A DNA stretch of 64,000 nucleotides from Hydrolagus affinis (taxonomy: Eukaryota). How positions within the stretch are numbered: the stretch's first letter is position 1; each line of letters starts with the position of its first letter. The DNA lies in NCBI GenBank assembly GCA_012026655.1, contig JAAILG010000539.1:1-64000 (forward strand), in the 5' to 3' direction. A program made the position numbers and the translations under genes. Positions 47,506 through 61,341 of this stretch are shown here, piece after piece. The notes beneath the pieces are model-generated. The model worked only from the letters and a program-made list of their open reading frames with translations, searched no databases and had not been told where the DNA came from.

Positions 47506-50500
47506 GCTTGGTATTAATATTGTATCAAAAGTAAATAAAAGTTGTAAAAAATAATGGATTTACTAAACCATTTAAAATTCACCTTTAATTTAGTACCTTG
47601 GTAAACTGTCTTGTGCATATAAAATGTTTACACTCCACAGTAAAGAAAAACAATTAAAGCATGAGCAATCTCAAGGAAGTAAAAACATATATAATTATCT
47701 CAGTTATTCGGAGCGGGGTGGGGGAGGAACATTCATGAAAATGTACTTGGCAAACCCCTTTTTCACAACATGAATTATGTGTGATGTTACCACCATGATA
47801 ATGATGCATGGCTCCTCTGTCTTTTCAACCACATTTTTCATGAAGACCATGTCGCTTTAAACTTAATAATAGGACCTCAGTGAAATGGTTGCTACATATC
47901 ACCCTTGACACCAGAAGCAATGGGGCTGAGCATTCAAGTTTTCTCATGTTTCAACTTTGGTTGTAGCAGCCCTTAAAGTTGGATATTCCAAGACTGATGA
48001 ATGATCCTGATATCCTAGAAAAGACCAAATACAAGATACAATCCCTCCTCTCCACAAGGTCACTGGAGATCATAAGCACAACCTATGGCAGAATCATTTT
48101 ACAATGTACCTAAAAATACTTTCTACGTGGTATACTCACTATTTTATATGCTACATCTCACCTGAGAGGCCATTATTCATGTGTGACCTCAGTCATCAAG
48201 ATTATTTAAGTCAGAGCATCATAACCTCTGAAGGCATCATAATCTAACCTCTCTTCATTCCTAATGTTCACAAATAAGCACTTTATATCAGGCCATGCTT
48301 TGCATTGCTTCTGGGCAGCACCATTCCTGACCAGGAAAGATTTACATCTGGGACAAAGAACAAAAGGCTTTCTCTGCCACAACACCTTAGCTTACAAACA
48401 ACAAGAATGATAAATAATGGTGTAATATATTTTTGGAAACATAAAAGTATAATTCCCTTCTGTGATCACAGTTCACGGGTTTAGTAATTAACTTAATTAT
48501 ATTAATTGCAGTCGCGGATGTTAATGTTTTTCAAAAGTATTACATAGTACATGTATATTCATTTGGTAGCATTATTGCTTCTTTTAGATATAACAGTGCA
48601 TTCAATTGATTGCAGTTTAGTTCGTTTGTTTTTAAAAAGCGCAAGAGATGCAAGTCCCAAATCTCTCATCACTCATCCATCCACACAGATTTTATAGCCC
48701 TTCTGGAGTCTGCTACAGTTCTGGCACAGACCTACAATACAGACAATTTAACATTTTGAGCAATTGACTGAAATGAAGCTTTCAATAACATAAAATTTAT
48801 CGGTTATTCCTGGCCAAAAAAATTAGAGCTTGTTAACTGTTTCTATAACTACTGACACCAAATTTACTCAGATCTCATTGAGAAAATGACTAACAACCAT
48901 ATAGATCAGAGCCTTTTGATAGATAGAGTGAGGATTTCAACATTCTTATTGCCCATCTGGATTAAACACTTTTGTGGATTGGGTCCCATGCTGTTGCACT
49001 ATTCATAAGCAATTTCGTACCCCCCACTCATCCCCCAGGGTGTTAAAAAAAATGCCATGGACTATAATTTTATGTGACAACAGTGACAAGTATAAGAAAC
49101 ATCTATCTTAATAGCCAAAAAGAAATGGGTTGATGATTCAAATTGTCTTCAAAGCAGATTTGTGACCATGGGTATTTCATCTAAAACTGTGCAGGTTGCT
49201 CCTCATAGCTTCTGTGTTATTTAAATCAACAATAATATATGATTGCTGGCTCATGCCCCAGCTCAAATCTTTCTGACAACTTGTGAATGCAGCATTTGAT
49301 GCACTCATGCCTTCACACAGTTGTTTCTAGTTTTCTGTATTAAAACACAGATTATATTGTAAAGTGAATGATTGTATTTTATGGGCAAAACTTGACAACC
49401 AATTGCACACAGCAGTGTCCCACAACCACTCGTGGATTTGTGAGAACCACCTGATAATCAGAGCACTGTGTGGCATGTGTTAGTGTTATTTTGCACTGTC
49501 AAATAATCACATAACTCAGATGCTTAAGGAAAATTTAATGCATAACTTACTAGCAAACTGGCAAGCAAATTAGATACAGCACAACAATCAGCTTGCCAGA
49601 AATCGAATAAGTAGCTCCTGCCTCTTGGGGAAATTGGATATATGCCCATCACTATAGACTGTCATGGAAGTTGCACCGATGCCTGCTATCAATGAATCAA
49701 TGAGCACCAATGAATCAGATGAATACCCATCCAAAGATAGGGAAATGATATGCAAAGGAATGGCTGGAGGGCAAGAATTTTGGACTCAAAGATTTACAAA
49801 GAAGGTACAGCATAGAAAGAAGCCACTCAGCAACCCAACTCATCTGTGCCATTATTTGTACACCACACGAGTTCACCCATTCCTTACTCCCTCCTGCATC
49901 CTTCGATTTCCCCATCTCTCATGTGAAGGTCCAGCTTCTTCTTGTATGCATCTACAAAAGACCATTGTGACCTGTTTCTCCTTCCAACATTATAGGTGTT
50001 GGAGGTGTAAGTCTATATTCATGAAAGGACTGCTGTAACTTACTGTTGCATATGACTCAGTTCATGTAAAGTTATTATAAATAGACACAGTTTTCCTGCT
50101 TTATTACAATCAAAGTACTGTGAGGCACTAAAGCAGAAACAAGTTTTATTTAACAAGTAAATTATACGAGTCTAGATTTTCCACTGGTAGTAAGTTATTA
50201 TTGGCCAATTTTTGAATTGGATTTACTGAACCTCAGTCAGGTAAAGCCTGTGCAGTCACACAGTAAGTGTAAGTATAAGTATATGTTAAATCAGTGAAAA
50301 TCGTTAGAATTTGGTCACACATTTGATTTTTGGACGATTAAATGGACATACCCCAAGCTATAATTACACTTGAAAGTGAGGACAAGGATCTTGAATTCTA
50401 ATAAAACTTCATGGTTAAACTCAATTCTACTTCATAGCGAACATTGAAGACTTATTATTATGTCCTGTGCATAGCACTCCCCTAGAGATGCACTGTGTGT

Positions 50501-51424
50501 TTGGGAAATGAAGTCATACTTTGAACATACACAGGATGATAAGGCACCAAGATCCACCTCCCTTTCAGTATTGAATCAACCGTTTGATAAATGCAGAAAG
50601 GGGGTTAAAACACATCTATTTTGCATCACAGCAACTGGTAGAAACAGCAGTCAATGTAAAAGATCTTAAGGAATTAATCATCAGTAAAACAAAGAGATAA
50701 GTTTTTCCAGATCAGATGCCGACTGCTTCACCTCATATAGTAAAATAATTTGAGAAGTAATTAATATATGAATGTTTCCCGAGTTTTTTTTTACAATGTC
50801 TGGACATTTTTGGTGACTATTTAATATCCTACAGTATATGGGAGGAAGCAGATTAATATTGCGACTGGAATTTGAGTGCATTTGATTCTTATATGATAAA
50901 CGAAACACTGAAGCAAGGTAGTAGAGATGCTGGAAGCATTAAAACTCTGGATGTAACCTCATAGTAAATAACAAGGAAATCTTCTTTTTGGCAGATTACT
51001 TTGCACTGTGCAAAAGCTCAGAGTGCAGCTTGAACTGAGGCTTTCCTTCTAATTATACTGGCTCTGTGCTAAACAGTCACGCATAGCTACCACATGGATA
51101 TGTATAATATATACTCCAAGTTACAAGGGTTAACTAAATAACAAAATAAATTTCCCCTGAATTGGAAACATAAAATAATAAATGATTTCATGAAGGAAGC
51201 TTCCGTTTGGAGAAATAAATGATCTCACCCAGCGCACTGCACTGACAGGAGACATGAGTACAAGCACAAAATATATCCAGAGCAGGGAATAAATGATTTC
51301 ACACATGCATTGCCAGTCTGAAAATTATGTGTAAATACAATTTAAAATGCTAAACTGTATTAGTCTTTCACCCTTGGCCTCAGGCCGCTCCTCCCAATCT
51401 GCCAATCTGGGATCTGTGTTGTAC

Positions 51425-51536
51425 ATTTTGCCCACAAAATACAGTCATTCCACTTTACAATACATGTTGTGAAGTGCTTTGAGACGTCTCAATGATGTGA
51501 TCAGGGGCTATATCAAATGCAAGGATTATTATTATT
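51425..51536 (+). mobile_element. SINE 3' tail
   Basis: TTTTGCCCACAAAATACAGTC...GTGAAGTGCTTTGAGACGTCTC...ATCAAATGCAAGGATTATTATT. Confidence 0.8.
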
Positions 51537-52276
51537 GTTTTCATCAACATTGTATTTAACAGGATGTATAGCTCCCCGATCGATGTTTTGAAAAAGGAAT
51601 CGGATGAGGGTATATCGGGTATAATATCACAACGAAGCCCTCCACAGCACGGGAGGTCGTCTCGCTGATGAAACATCTTCTATCATGAAGGGAAAGCTGT
51701 GGAAGTGAAGACCTTATCCACCTCAACGTGCTGCGCACAGTCTGGCTTTGAAGCAGCAGCTGCCCACCATAAATTTCACTGACCCTCAAAGACATTCGCT
51801 GTGTTTTCCAACTGTTTTCTCTGTGGAGCTGCAGCTTGGTGTTAGGTCCAAGTAACAGCACCTGACAAAACTCAGCCGCCTCACAATGTGAGAATTTAAA
51901 GGCCTCATTGTTGTTGTCTTTTTCCTACTGCACTTGCAGAGAGGCATGAAGCCACACCACGAAGGGATAAAGAAAGTGCAAAAGATCCTCATCCCTGGAG
52001 AGTTCTAGAGACATCTTTAACAGCTATAAGCTTGCTAGGGTTTCAGATTCATTAAATGTTTTTTTCAAAACAGTATTGGAAGCCAGATATCCAGTATTCT
52101 GACCTTTCTAATTCCCAAAGAGTCTGTCTGCAGTAAATTATAATTTTTTTAAAAAAATTCAAAATCGCAGGCAACTAAGAACAAACAAATAAAATAAAAC
52201 ATAATTAGGAAAGGGTATAGTCTTGCTCTATTATTTAATACATGCTGCATATAATATTGTGTGGTAATTGACTATC

Positions 52277-52362
52277 AATAATAATAATTCTTCCATTTGA
52301 TATATCATGTTTTCGAGACTTCTCGAAGCACTTCACACAATATACTGTGAAGTGAATTGACT
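52277..52362 (-). mobile_element. SINE 3' tail
   Basis: (TAA)n...CATTTGATATA...GCACTTCACACAATATACTGTGAAGTGAATTGACT. Confidence 0.7.
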
Positions 52363-53894
52363 TAGAATTACTACAGTGAATCAATTTTGCCCTATATAAC
52401 ATCTAATAATAATATAATTTTTATTAGAACCTATAATGTTTAAATGATACTATTCTAAACTACTCAATCAGATCATAGCCTTAGAATTAATGCCTTAACA
52501 CCTATGACAATGAAATGTTCTCCAGGCAGAGTATTGTCAGCCTACCTTAAAGCCTGATGTGGAACTTGAAACCCAACTTTCTAACCCAGAGGTCAAAATG
52601 CTATCAACTAAGCCAGTGAACCAGAATAAAATTTGGATAGCTTAAGAAATTTAAAAGCAACTAAATGTATAATAAGGTAGAAGTTTTACCAATTAATACA
52701 AAACAAATTGAAGGCTTGGATTTCATTTTGTGCTGCTCAGGCACAAGATTTCTGTCATTCATCACACTGTTGCAAATATACACGCACACTACACTGCTAT
52801 GTGCTTTGCATTACTAGATGCATATGGAAAGGGCATGTAAAAAGGTGTAGGAGTGCGCTAACTGTGTGGTTTGAGGAACTGGCTTTTGTCCCTCTATGTA
52901 AAACGAGAAATGAAAAGTGTTAAAGCCCTTCAGAGGTCATCATTGCAGGACACGGGTCACAGATACTGCTCAGGTGCGAACGACATATTCTCCAAAAAGC
53001 TACCAGAGTGCATTACCACTGGAAGTAATCAGCAAAGCCCCAATAATCACAGTTTAACATTTTAACAAGCTATTAATGAGGCCCTTGACTCCTATAAACA
53101 TCTGGGTGGCAACCTATTCAGCAGACCTTATTGTGAGATTAAGTAAGCAATGTTTTACTGAGGCAGACTCAGCCCTGATAAGTCAACCATGTGGTTGCCC
53201 AGAAGATCACTGCGAGCTGTGACAAAACACATCTACTCAATCTGCCATGAAGAAAAGGCTTCGGAATCGATTGCTCAGTAACTTAATGTGAAGGTAGCCA
53301 CTTCAGGTGTGGCCAATAACAAATGAGATGGACTTCCGTATTGACATTTTCCTTGAACACAGTGAGTAAGGTTCAATGGCTGGCTGCAACTCTGCTGATC
53401 TTGGTGAAACTCACCCTCCAGATAAAACTGCGATGCAGTGCAAAGAACAACAGAGATTGGGATTCAAAACTTGGATTTGAATCACTTGTTCCTGGTATCT
53501 GACAGACCACCCAAGCATGTTGTATTTCACACAGTGTGTAATCGAGTTAGATTAAATTTTTCGGGTCATGCCCTTTTTTGTTTTACAAAGTGTGACTTCA
53601 GGTTAAATTAAGTGAACTATACGCAGGGTTCAACGTGGATTCCAAAAACATCGGCCGAATTCATAGCCTAAGACAGTTCAACATTTTGTACTCGTAACTT
53701 CTTTTTACTCATATAGTTGCAGTGCTGTAAGAGTAACTCTGTCTGTCATTAAAACTGGAAATATAATACTGAATCAGTTGAAAATGTAGCTACATATACA
53801 TATTCTTTAATATCTTGAAATCAGTTTAAAGATTTAGAAGTGGGTAAGTGTGACTCAAATGTCATTTCTACATTGAAATGATGGATTTCCACAT

Positions 53895-54085
53895 CCCTTC
53901 AAAAAAAACAATAATCAAATTGGTCATTTCAATCCACGACTTTATAGGACACTGCTGTGCGCCATTGGCTGCCACGTTTTGCCCACAAATATACAGTCAA
54001 TTCACTTTACAGTACATTCTGTGAAGCACTTTGAGACGTCCAGAAGACATGAAAAGCGCTATATCAAATGCAAGGATTATTATTA
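53895..54085 (+). mobile_element. Short SINE 3' half
   Basis: AAATTGGTCATTTCAATCCACGACT...GCTGTGCGCCATTGGCTGCC, then the tail; matches the 34074 copy. Confidence 0.88.
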
Positions 54086-54302
54086 AGTTTTTAAAGAGAA
54101 AGTGTAGGAAATCCTATACATTGTGTTCAGTCCCAAACATTTCAGTGCCAGTTTCACAAAAAGTAAGATATTTGTTTTGAATCTCGATCCTTTTTCTCTC
54201 CCTGCTCCTTCTCCTCTTTGGTACCTATCTTTCCCAAAGAGATGGTTGTTGTCCACCTGTTGAGCATAACTTTATCATAAACTGCGCTTGACTAACGAGA
54301 AT

Positions 54303-54450
54303 TGGGACACCTCTGTGCGCAATTGGCTGCTGCGTTTTTCCCACAGTCAATCCACTTCACAGTATATTCTGAGAAGCTCTTTGAGATGACTCAACGACGT
54401 GATAAGGCACTATATCAAATACAAGGAATGTTATCATTACTATATTATTA
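54303..54450 (+). mobile_element. SINE 3' half
   Basis: GGGACAC.TCTGTGCGCAATTGGCTGCTGCG...ATCAAATACAAGGA. Confidence 0.8.
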
Positions 54451-57400
54451 TAAAAGATGCATGTTGCTCCACAATAAGACAAGTCCCTGAGCTACTTTTG
54501 CACACTCAACAGTTATTATTATGGAAGTACTTCCTCTTAGATGGTTTCCCGTTTCTCCACAATAAGTTCGAAAGATAAAAATTCTCTACACAGTATATTT
54601 ATATTACTATTACACAGTACAGTAATATAAATGTAAGTCGGTCACATCGTCAATCAGCAGAGAGAAAAAGGAGCAGGGGCTCTAGAACGGACAGCATTCC
54701 ATTTATTTTGCAAAGCCAACAGAATTGAATGTCAAAATGGTGATGACAATATTACTTGCATTTTACACTGCACCTTACATTGTCAAAACATTTAAAAGTA
54801 ATCACTTCCCAAAATGCTGCATCAGTACTGCACTGAGGTGACAACTTACATTACGAAGTGTGCAGCATAAACCGATAAACCTTTGGACTTGTATTTGAGA
54901 GTCCTACCACAAAACCAAACTGAATTGTACAATTTTTTGAAATCAAGAGTATTATTCGAATGAGAGAGAACAATTAAAGCTCCTTGTGGCTCTCATTCTG
55001 ATAAACCAATCTTGGCATCAGTATGCTTGCAGTCTGTGCAAGTAGCAAATTTTAATAGAAGGCTGCATCTCACACCTGCTGTTCAAGTGCTCTGTGACGC
55101 TATCCTGCTTGAGGAACACTATATCATTGTGAGTTGTTGTTGTTGTTTTACCACACAGCTGCAATGTGAATAAAGACTGTTCTGTGGACTTGGGATTAAT
55201 TTTGATTCGGGGACATTGAAAACCAGTAACACAAAGTTTCAAAATTCCACTTCAATAAACCCATCTCAGCAACAGAATAACTGCAATATGTGCAAGTGGA
55301 GATTTGAGATTTCCATTCCACAGGGAAAGTTTACTTGGTGAATTTTAATTCAATCCACTGCAAATTCAGCATAAATTTGAGTTTGCAGCTGCTATGCAAA
55401 GCAATGTATTATGCAGCAAGAACAACCAGCCCAAGTTCCTGCTACTAAAGATAATCAATTCCACATTACAACAAAATCTATTTTCTTCATTTCGACTGAT
55501 GTACGTCTTAAAGTGGTATTATTTTATAGTTAAACTGTCTTATAAAACAGCTTACAAAATATTTTAATATAATATGATGATGGCATAATAATTATATAAC
55601 AACTCTAGATTACTAGTTGCACAAGCAGGACTGATATTTACATTCTTTTTTACAGTAATAAATTCCGTAGTGAATTAACTTTTACGACAGCTGGGCAAAA
55701 AGCTTCTCTTCTAGGAGCTAGATTTAGCCTTGAAGCATTCTCCTTTTTCTTTGCCCCCTCCCCCCCATTACAAATAACGATAACTTTGTATTGCGCCTTT
55801 CCCCTAAAAGAATTGTTTTCCCTTAACTTCTCTTGCTGACAACCAAGAACACAATTTGATTATGGAAAACACCGCTGCTTATGCCTTGAAATGCTATATT
55901 GCCACATTGACAACACAAAGATTTTGAGTTTAATGTATCCTTCAATACTGGATTCACTTGTACACAAAAAAATCTTTTTTTTAAATCTAAGTACAGTACA
56001 GTGTATCTAAGAGAATATATACTTGGTTTTCAAGCTGTTGTAGCGTATTCTGCATATTGGGGAGGGGCAAATCTTACTCAACAGGGCATTCTTGAATTCC
56101 CGGGACACTCATAAACAACTGCTAGAATTGATGACCTTTTCTGAGCTATCCAGGAAAATACCTAACTATGTAAAAATGCCTGTCTAATTTATTGATTCAT
56201 TCTGGTCCATCGTGAGCAGCTCTTGAGGCCTCACAGTTCCTTGCCCTGAGGCGGTGTGGCCATGTTTGACATTTACAGAAAAGTGCCTGACTACTCGGAG
56301 GCCCTTGGTACCTGCTGGTGCAATTCTCTAGCACAATGTTTATCTTGGATCAGCCTTTCAGCCAACTGTTTGTAATTGACCCTCTACAGGGACAAGTTAG
56401 GATATGAACATGAGCGGTTTTTTTCTTCAACTCTATCAGTCTTTATTTCCAGCCGCCTTCTTCCCCATCCACTTTGGCTGCAGACCAAGCGGCTATTGTG
56501 ACACAAAACAGTTTGAAAGTAGCTCCTGAAAAAGTCATACCAGACAGATGGCTTATGCGCCGTCTCGGAGTGCCTATGGTAGTACAATTTTCAATGCAAA
56601 AAACAGAAAACACAGCTAATTATTACATAACTGGTTTCTGCAAGCGAAATGTCAAACTGACATTTATCTCTACATCAGCGATCAGTCAAATTGACAAACA
56701 GAGTGCACACACAATCACTGAATGAAAGCTACGGATGTACAAACATCCAAAGGTTCTCTTCCTCAGGGCAAGTATTACTAGGTCTGTATTTACCAACCTC
56801 AGTAATACATTCGACTTGTGCATAATGCACTGGGCAACAGAGGATGAAGGACTGATTCGGTGTACTTATTGCAACTGAGAGAAAACAAAGAGCCTTACTT
56901 AAGACACTTTAGAATTCAATTGTAAAATTTCATAACAATGCTCACAGAAATCAAACTCAGTTAATTTTTTTTTGCAATATGTTAGGATACTTATTTGCTT
57001 CTGATTTTCAGCATCGGTTCAAAACAAGGATTTTTTTTCTCTAAACAAGGCAACGTGATATAATCTGACTCACAAAAATAATATTTCTGGACACGCAATT
57101 CAGCCTCATGCATATGTGCTTACAAAAACAGGAGTGGCATCTTTGTCAGCCATTCAGAAGAAAGCCTTTGCTAACCTTCCAATGAAACTCCTGTAAGGTT
57201 GGGCTTCTGTAATCCTGAATCTTCATGCATTTTGCAGTAAATCCTGTAAAGCACTTTGATACATCTTATTGTGATGTGAAACATGCTATATTAAATGAAA
57301 GGTTTATTATCATTATTATCAGTAGTATTAATATTGAGAAATACTCATATAGTGATCGAATAAATCTAAAGTGGAATTGGAAAGTACAGTACAGTATAAA

Positions 57401-57494
57401 CTTATTGGATTTTAAAGGTGTAGAATTAATCTTTGCTTAATATGGAATATATTTTCTTACCCTTATTCGAGCCTTATGGAAATGAGATAGCTTG

Positions 57495-57815
57495 ATGCTT
57501 GAACATCCACCCAACGTGAAAGGCGCTATACAAATGTAATTTTGTTGTTGTTATTGTTGCCTACAGTGAAGGCAGTCTGTACAGGTCCAATTGACACTCT
57601 TTTAGTCAATCGGCGGATCATTTTCCAGGTGTAATAATCCCTCTAATAAAAATAATAATTTAGTCAGTCCACAACTGTTTATGGGACATTGTCGTGTGTA
57701 ATTGGCTGCCGCATTTTTAGCCATAAAAATACAATTCACTTCATAGTATATTCTGTTCAGCTCTTTGAGACATGATAAGACATTATATCAAATGCAAGGA
57801 TTATTATTATCATTA
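57495..57815 (+). mobile_element. L2 tail (57495-57560) followed by a SINE 3' half (57630-57815)
   Basis: ACGTGAAAGGCGCTATACAAATGTAATTTTG(TTG)n; then GGGACATTGTCGTGTGTAATTGGCTGCCGC...ATCAAATGCAAGGATTATTATT. Confidence 0.75.
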
Positions 57816-58429
57816 TTTTACTTTGCAACAAAAACAAATCCTAGCTTAAGAAAGCAGCTTTTTTGTACATCTATTTAAAAAAAATGTAAACGTAATCTCA
57901 TGGTTTATGAAGTGGCTTTTATGTTTTTTAAAATCATGTTGAAATAATTAAGGAATCCATTTCCCGATCCAGCCAGGTCTGCCTCTCTTCACCTGGTCTG
58001 CCGTTCTGTGGGAGAGACGTGATAATGCATCTGTCATTGTGCCCTGTGCTGTCTGGGAAGTGGGGTCAGGCTACAGGTGGACTGGAATCCACAGCTGCCG
58101 CCAGCTGAGCCCACCCACTTGCAAACTAGAGCCGAGCAGGTATAAGCAATAATGTTACTGTACTTTTGCTTACTTTTAAAATCTTAAAAAGACTTTAGGA
58201 GTTAGTTAGAATAGGTCCACAATCACAAGTTTGTCACATCATGATGTTCCACCCTTGACACAGCCTTGCATTTGAATTTAGTTGGTACATCTTTATAATG
58301 GAACCACAGACTGCGTTCATTAATTCCCTCAAAATGATCAATAATGTTTTATCTCTTCCCCCTTGATTCTATTAAATACCTTGGAAAATTTTCCAGCAAT
58401 ATCACAAAAAGTATTGATTGTAATCTTGG

Positions 58430-59972
58430 AGGTGAAGGGCAACCCAGGCTCCTTTCCTCCACAGCAATCCAGCAACTCTACCCACCGCCACCCCCCACTC
58501 CTCCCTCCCCCACCCCACGCCTCACCTATTCTCTCCTCTAACTCCCACTGTGAGGAGATACTGGATTTTCTCAAGTCCAAAATTGAGGGAATCCGTTCAA
58601 ATGCCTTTGCCTCCCAACTGCCACTCTTCACCATCTCCCCAACACACTCCAACACTTACCCATCCCTCCTGCCACACTTTTGAACCTGTCTCCCCCTCCT
58701 CTGTCATCACCACCATATCCTCCATGAATCCCACCACCTGCTTCCTTGAACCCATCCCCACCCCTCTCTTTACCCCCTAGCTCCATCTCCTCGCCCCCAC
58801 CTATTCTCCGACACCATCAATCTCTCCTTTCAGCCCGTACCATTTCCACCCACCTCAAAACAGGCACAATAACCCCTATCCTCAATAAACCTACCCTAGA
58901 CGTATCCCTGCTCTCCAATTAAAGGCGCATCTCCAACCTACTTTTTCATTCCCAGGTCCTTGAAAGAATCATTGCTTCCTAGCTTCGCTCTTTCCTTTCC
59001 TCCCACTTCCTCCATGAGACCCTTCAATTGGATTTCTGTGCTGCTCACAAACAGCCTGTCAGACTTCAAGTCCTGGATGAGGGACAAGTTTTTACAGCTG
59101 AATGTCAGCAAAGCTGAAGCCCTCCTGATTGGCTCACACCAGCGCCTCCATCCCTCAGGCCACTGAAACCCTCACACATGCATTTGTCACCTTTAGATTT
59201 GACTACAGCAACTCCCTCCTTGTCGGTCTCCCCAACTCTTCCCTCCACAAGCTAGAGATCATCCAAACTCTACAGCTGGGTCCTCTTCTGCACCAGGCTC
59301 CGTGCCCCCATCACCCTCACCCTCGCCCACCTCCACTGACTCTGCATCCCTAAGAGGATCGAATTCAAGATCCTTGTCCTTGCTTTCAAGGCCCTCCATG
59401 GCCTTATCCCCTCCTACCTCTTTGACCTGCTGACCCATGATCAACCTGTCCATAGACTGCATATCTTCCAGAACTCTGCGGCCAGTGTCGTCTGTAGACC
59501 CTCCAAGCTCCACAACCCCATCTCCCCCATTTTCACCTGACTCCATTGGCTCCCATCACTCAGAGGATTCAATTCAAGCTCCTGGTCCTCACCTTCAAAG
59601 CCCTTCACAGCCTCGCCCTACCCTACCTTTAGGACCTTCTAGCCCCCTACAAACCTGCCTGCACCCTCCGCTCAGTGGCTTGCTCCATGTCCCTCAACCC
59701 ACTCGTCACACCATCGTCAGGCGAGCCTTCAGCCACTCTATCTCTAACCTCTGTAACTCCATCCCATTCCCTCCACCTTGCCCCCTCTCTAGCCTCCATC
59801 ACGTACCACCTCAAAAGCCTCCTCTTCAATGGTCCCATCGGTCACCTCCTTTCCCTCCACCTTCCCCGTTCCCTACCCCAGCTCGGGTCTGAAATACTGA
59901 CTGTTCAGTGCTTTGGGACGTCCTTCCAATGTGAAAGGCGCGATACAAATGTATTTTCGTTGTTTTATTGTT
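58430..59972 (+). mobile_element. Internally deleted, frameshifted L2 LINE (ORF2 relic)
   Basis: Successive motifs CEEILDFLKSKIEGIR; FEPVS...MNPTTCFLEPIPT; TPILNKPTLD...N*RRISNL; LSDFKSWMRDKFLQLNVSKAEALLIG; ETLTHAFVTFRFDYSNSLL; then the tail at about 59900-59972. Confidence 0.9.
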
Positions 59973-59973
59973 G

Positions 59974-60306
59974 TCCACTCCCTCAGTTCAGCAGGCTCCG
60001 TCCTGCTCCATGTCTCCCGCCGACCAGCTCTACCATCGGATTTTCAGCCTCTCTTCCCCTACACTTTGGTACTCCATTCCACAAAGCCTTTTCCTTGCTC
60101 TCTCCCTTGCCTCCTTCAAGGCCAGTCTCAAATCCCTCTTCTTCGACCATGCCTTCAGTTGCCCTCCTACCTCTCTACCCTGCCTTATCCCAACCCTGCC
60201 ACCCTCTCCACCCAGCTGGGGTCCAGACCCCTGATTGTTTGGTGCCTTGGGACGTCCTCCCGACATGAAAGGCGCTCTACAAATGTAATTTTGTTGTTGT
60301 TGTTGA
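59974..60306 (+). mobile_element. Second L2 3' fragment in tandem
   Basis: FSLSSPTLWYSIPQSLFLALSLASFKASLKSLFF, then tail GGGACGTCCTCCCGACATGAAAGGCGCTCTACAAATGTAATTTTG(TTG)n. Confidence 0.9.
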
Positions 60307-61116
60307 TTTTCTGCTCCTTGAGCCGATCATAAACCTCTATTTTGTTTGCAATGTTGCTTCTGCTTCTACTATTACTGCAATACTTTTACATAAAAGATAC
60401 ATTTTCTGTACTTATTACAGTACTACTAGAAATACTTTGATCAATTTTGTTTGTGTTGAGATACGTTTTTAGGCAAACAAGCAAGCCTTGTTTTGAAAGC
60501 ATTAAAAGTCATAGAGATGCACAGATGGAAATTCTCTGGAACCAAGGATTGCACGTTTCAGAAGGTGACAGTCAGAAAGGACTGATTTAACAGTTTTCCC
60601 TGTGTTCAAAATGAAAGATTAAGAACAAAAGTGATATTTTTTGGTTATATCACTGTAAACATTTTCTTAGTTAATATTGTAAATGGAATGAAAGTACTGT
60701 GAATAGAGTGAACACAGCAGTGCTTATTAAGAACTTCAGTCCAAGTAATTTTAAGTGGAATTTAAATTGCTCTTGGAAAGAGCATACTCCAGGAGGGTCA
60801 GTACTTTCATTAAAAAAAAACCCTGGTAAACATTATAGGAAAGTTGTTTCTAATGTCTCATACCGAAAGGAGAAAGTCAATAAGTTTCGGAGTGAAAAAG
60901 CAGCTCACTGGAGGCCCATCGTGTTTGTGGTTGAACCAACTTCAGAAGCTTTTTGTTATGTTAAGCGGGGATTGGAAACCTTCCCGCTCCTGTTCCCCCA
61001 CAATGAACACCAATAAAGACCTGAGCCAGCATGGCAGGTCTGTCTCTGCCAGGCCACTCGCTCACTGTGAAACCTTGCAGCCTTTCTTCACAAATATAAC
61101 GTTTACAGAAAGAGTA

Positions 61117-61166
61117 ACAACAACAACAAAATTACACTTGTGTAGTGCCTTTCACGTCAGGAGGAG
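61117..61166 (-). mobile_element. L2 extreme 3' tail
   Basis: (AAC)nAAAATTACACTTGTGTAGTGCCTTTCACGTCAGGAGGA. Confidence 0.75.
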
Positions 61167-61316
61167 CAGTTGGGATTGATAATACAGTTTTCTACCAAGA
61201 GAACAATTCTGTTTGAAATCTTAATTTTGCATTTAATGTAGCCTTTTAGAATCTACATTGATGATGTTGTAAATTGTTGCGGAATTTGTGTCCATGACAG
61301 CGACTGTTCAATATGG

Positions 61317-61341
61317 ATATATATATATATATATATATATA
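61317..61341. repeat. (TA)n microsatellite
   Basis: About 12 uninterrupted AT units. Confidence 0.95.

Noticed and set aside
50170-50305. MITE-like inverted ends GATTTTCCACTG / CAGTGAAAATC
   Set aside because: The inverted repeat is too short and imperfect, with no clear TSD.
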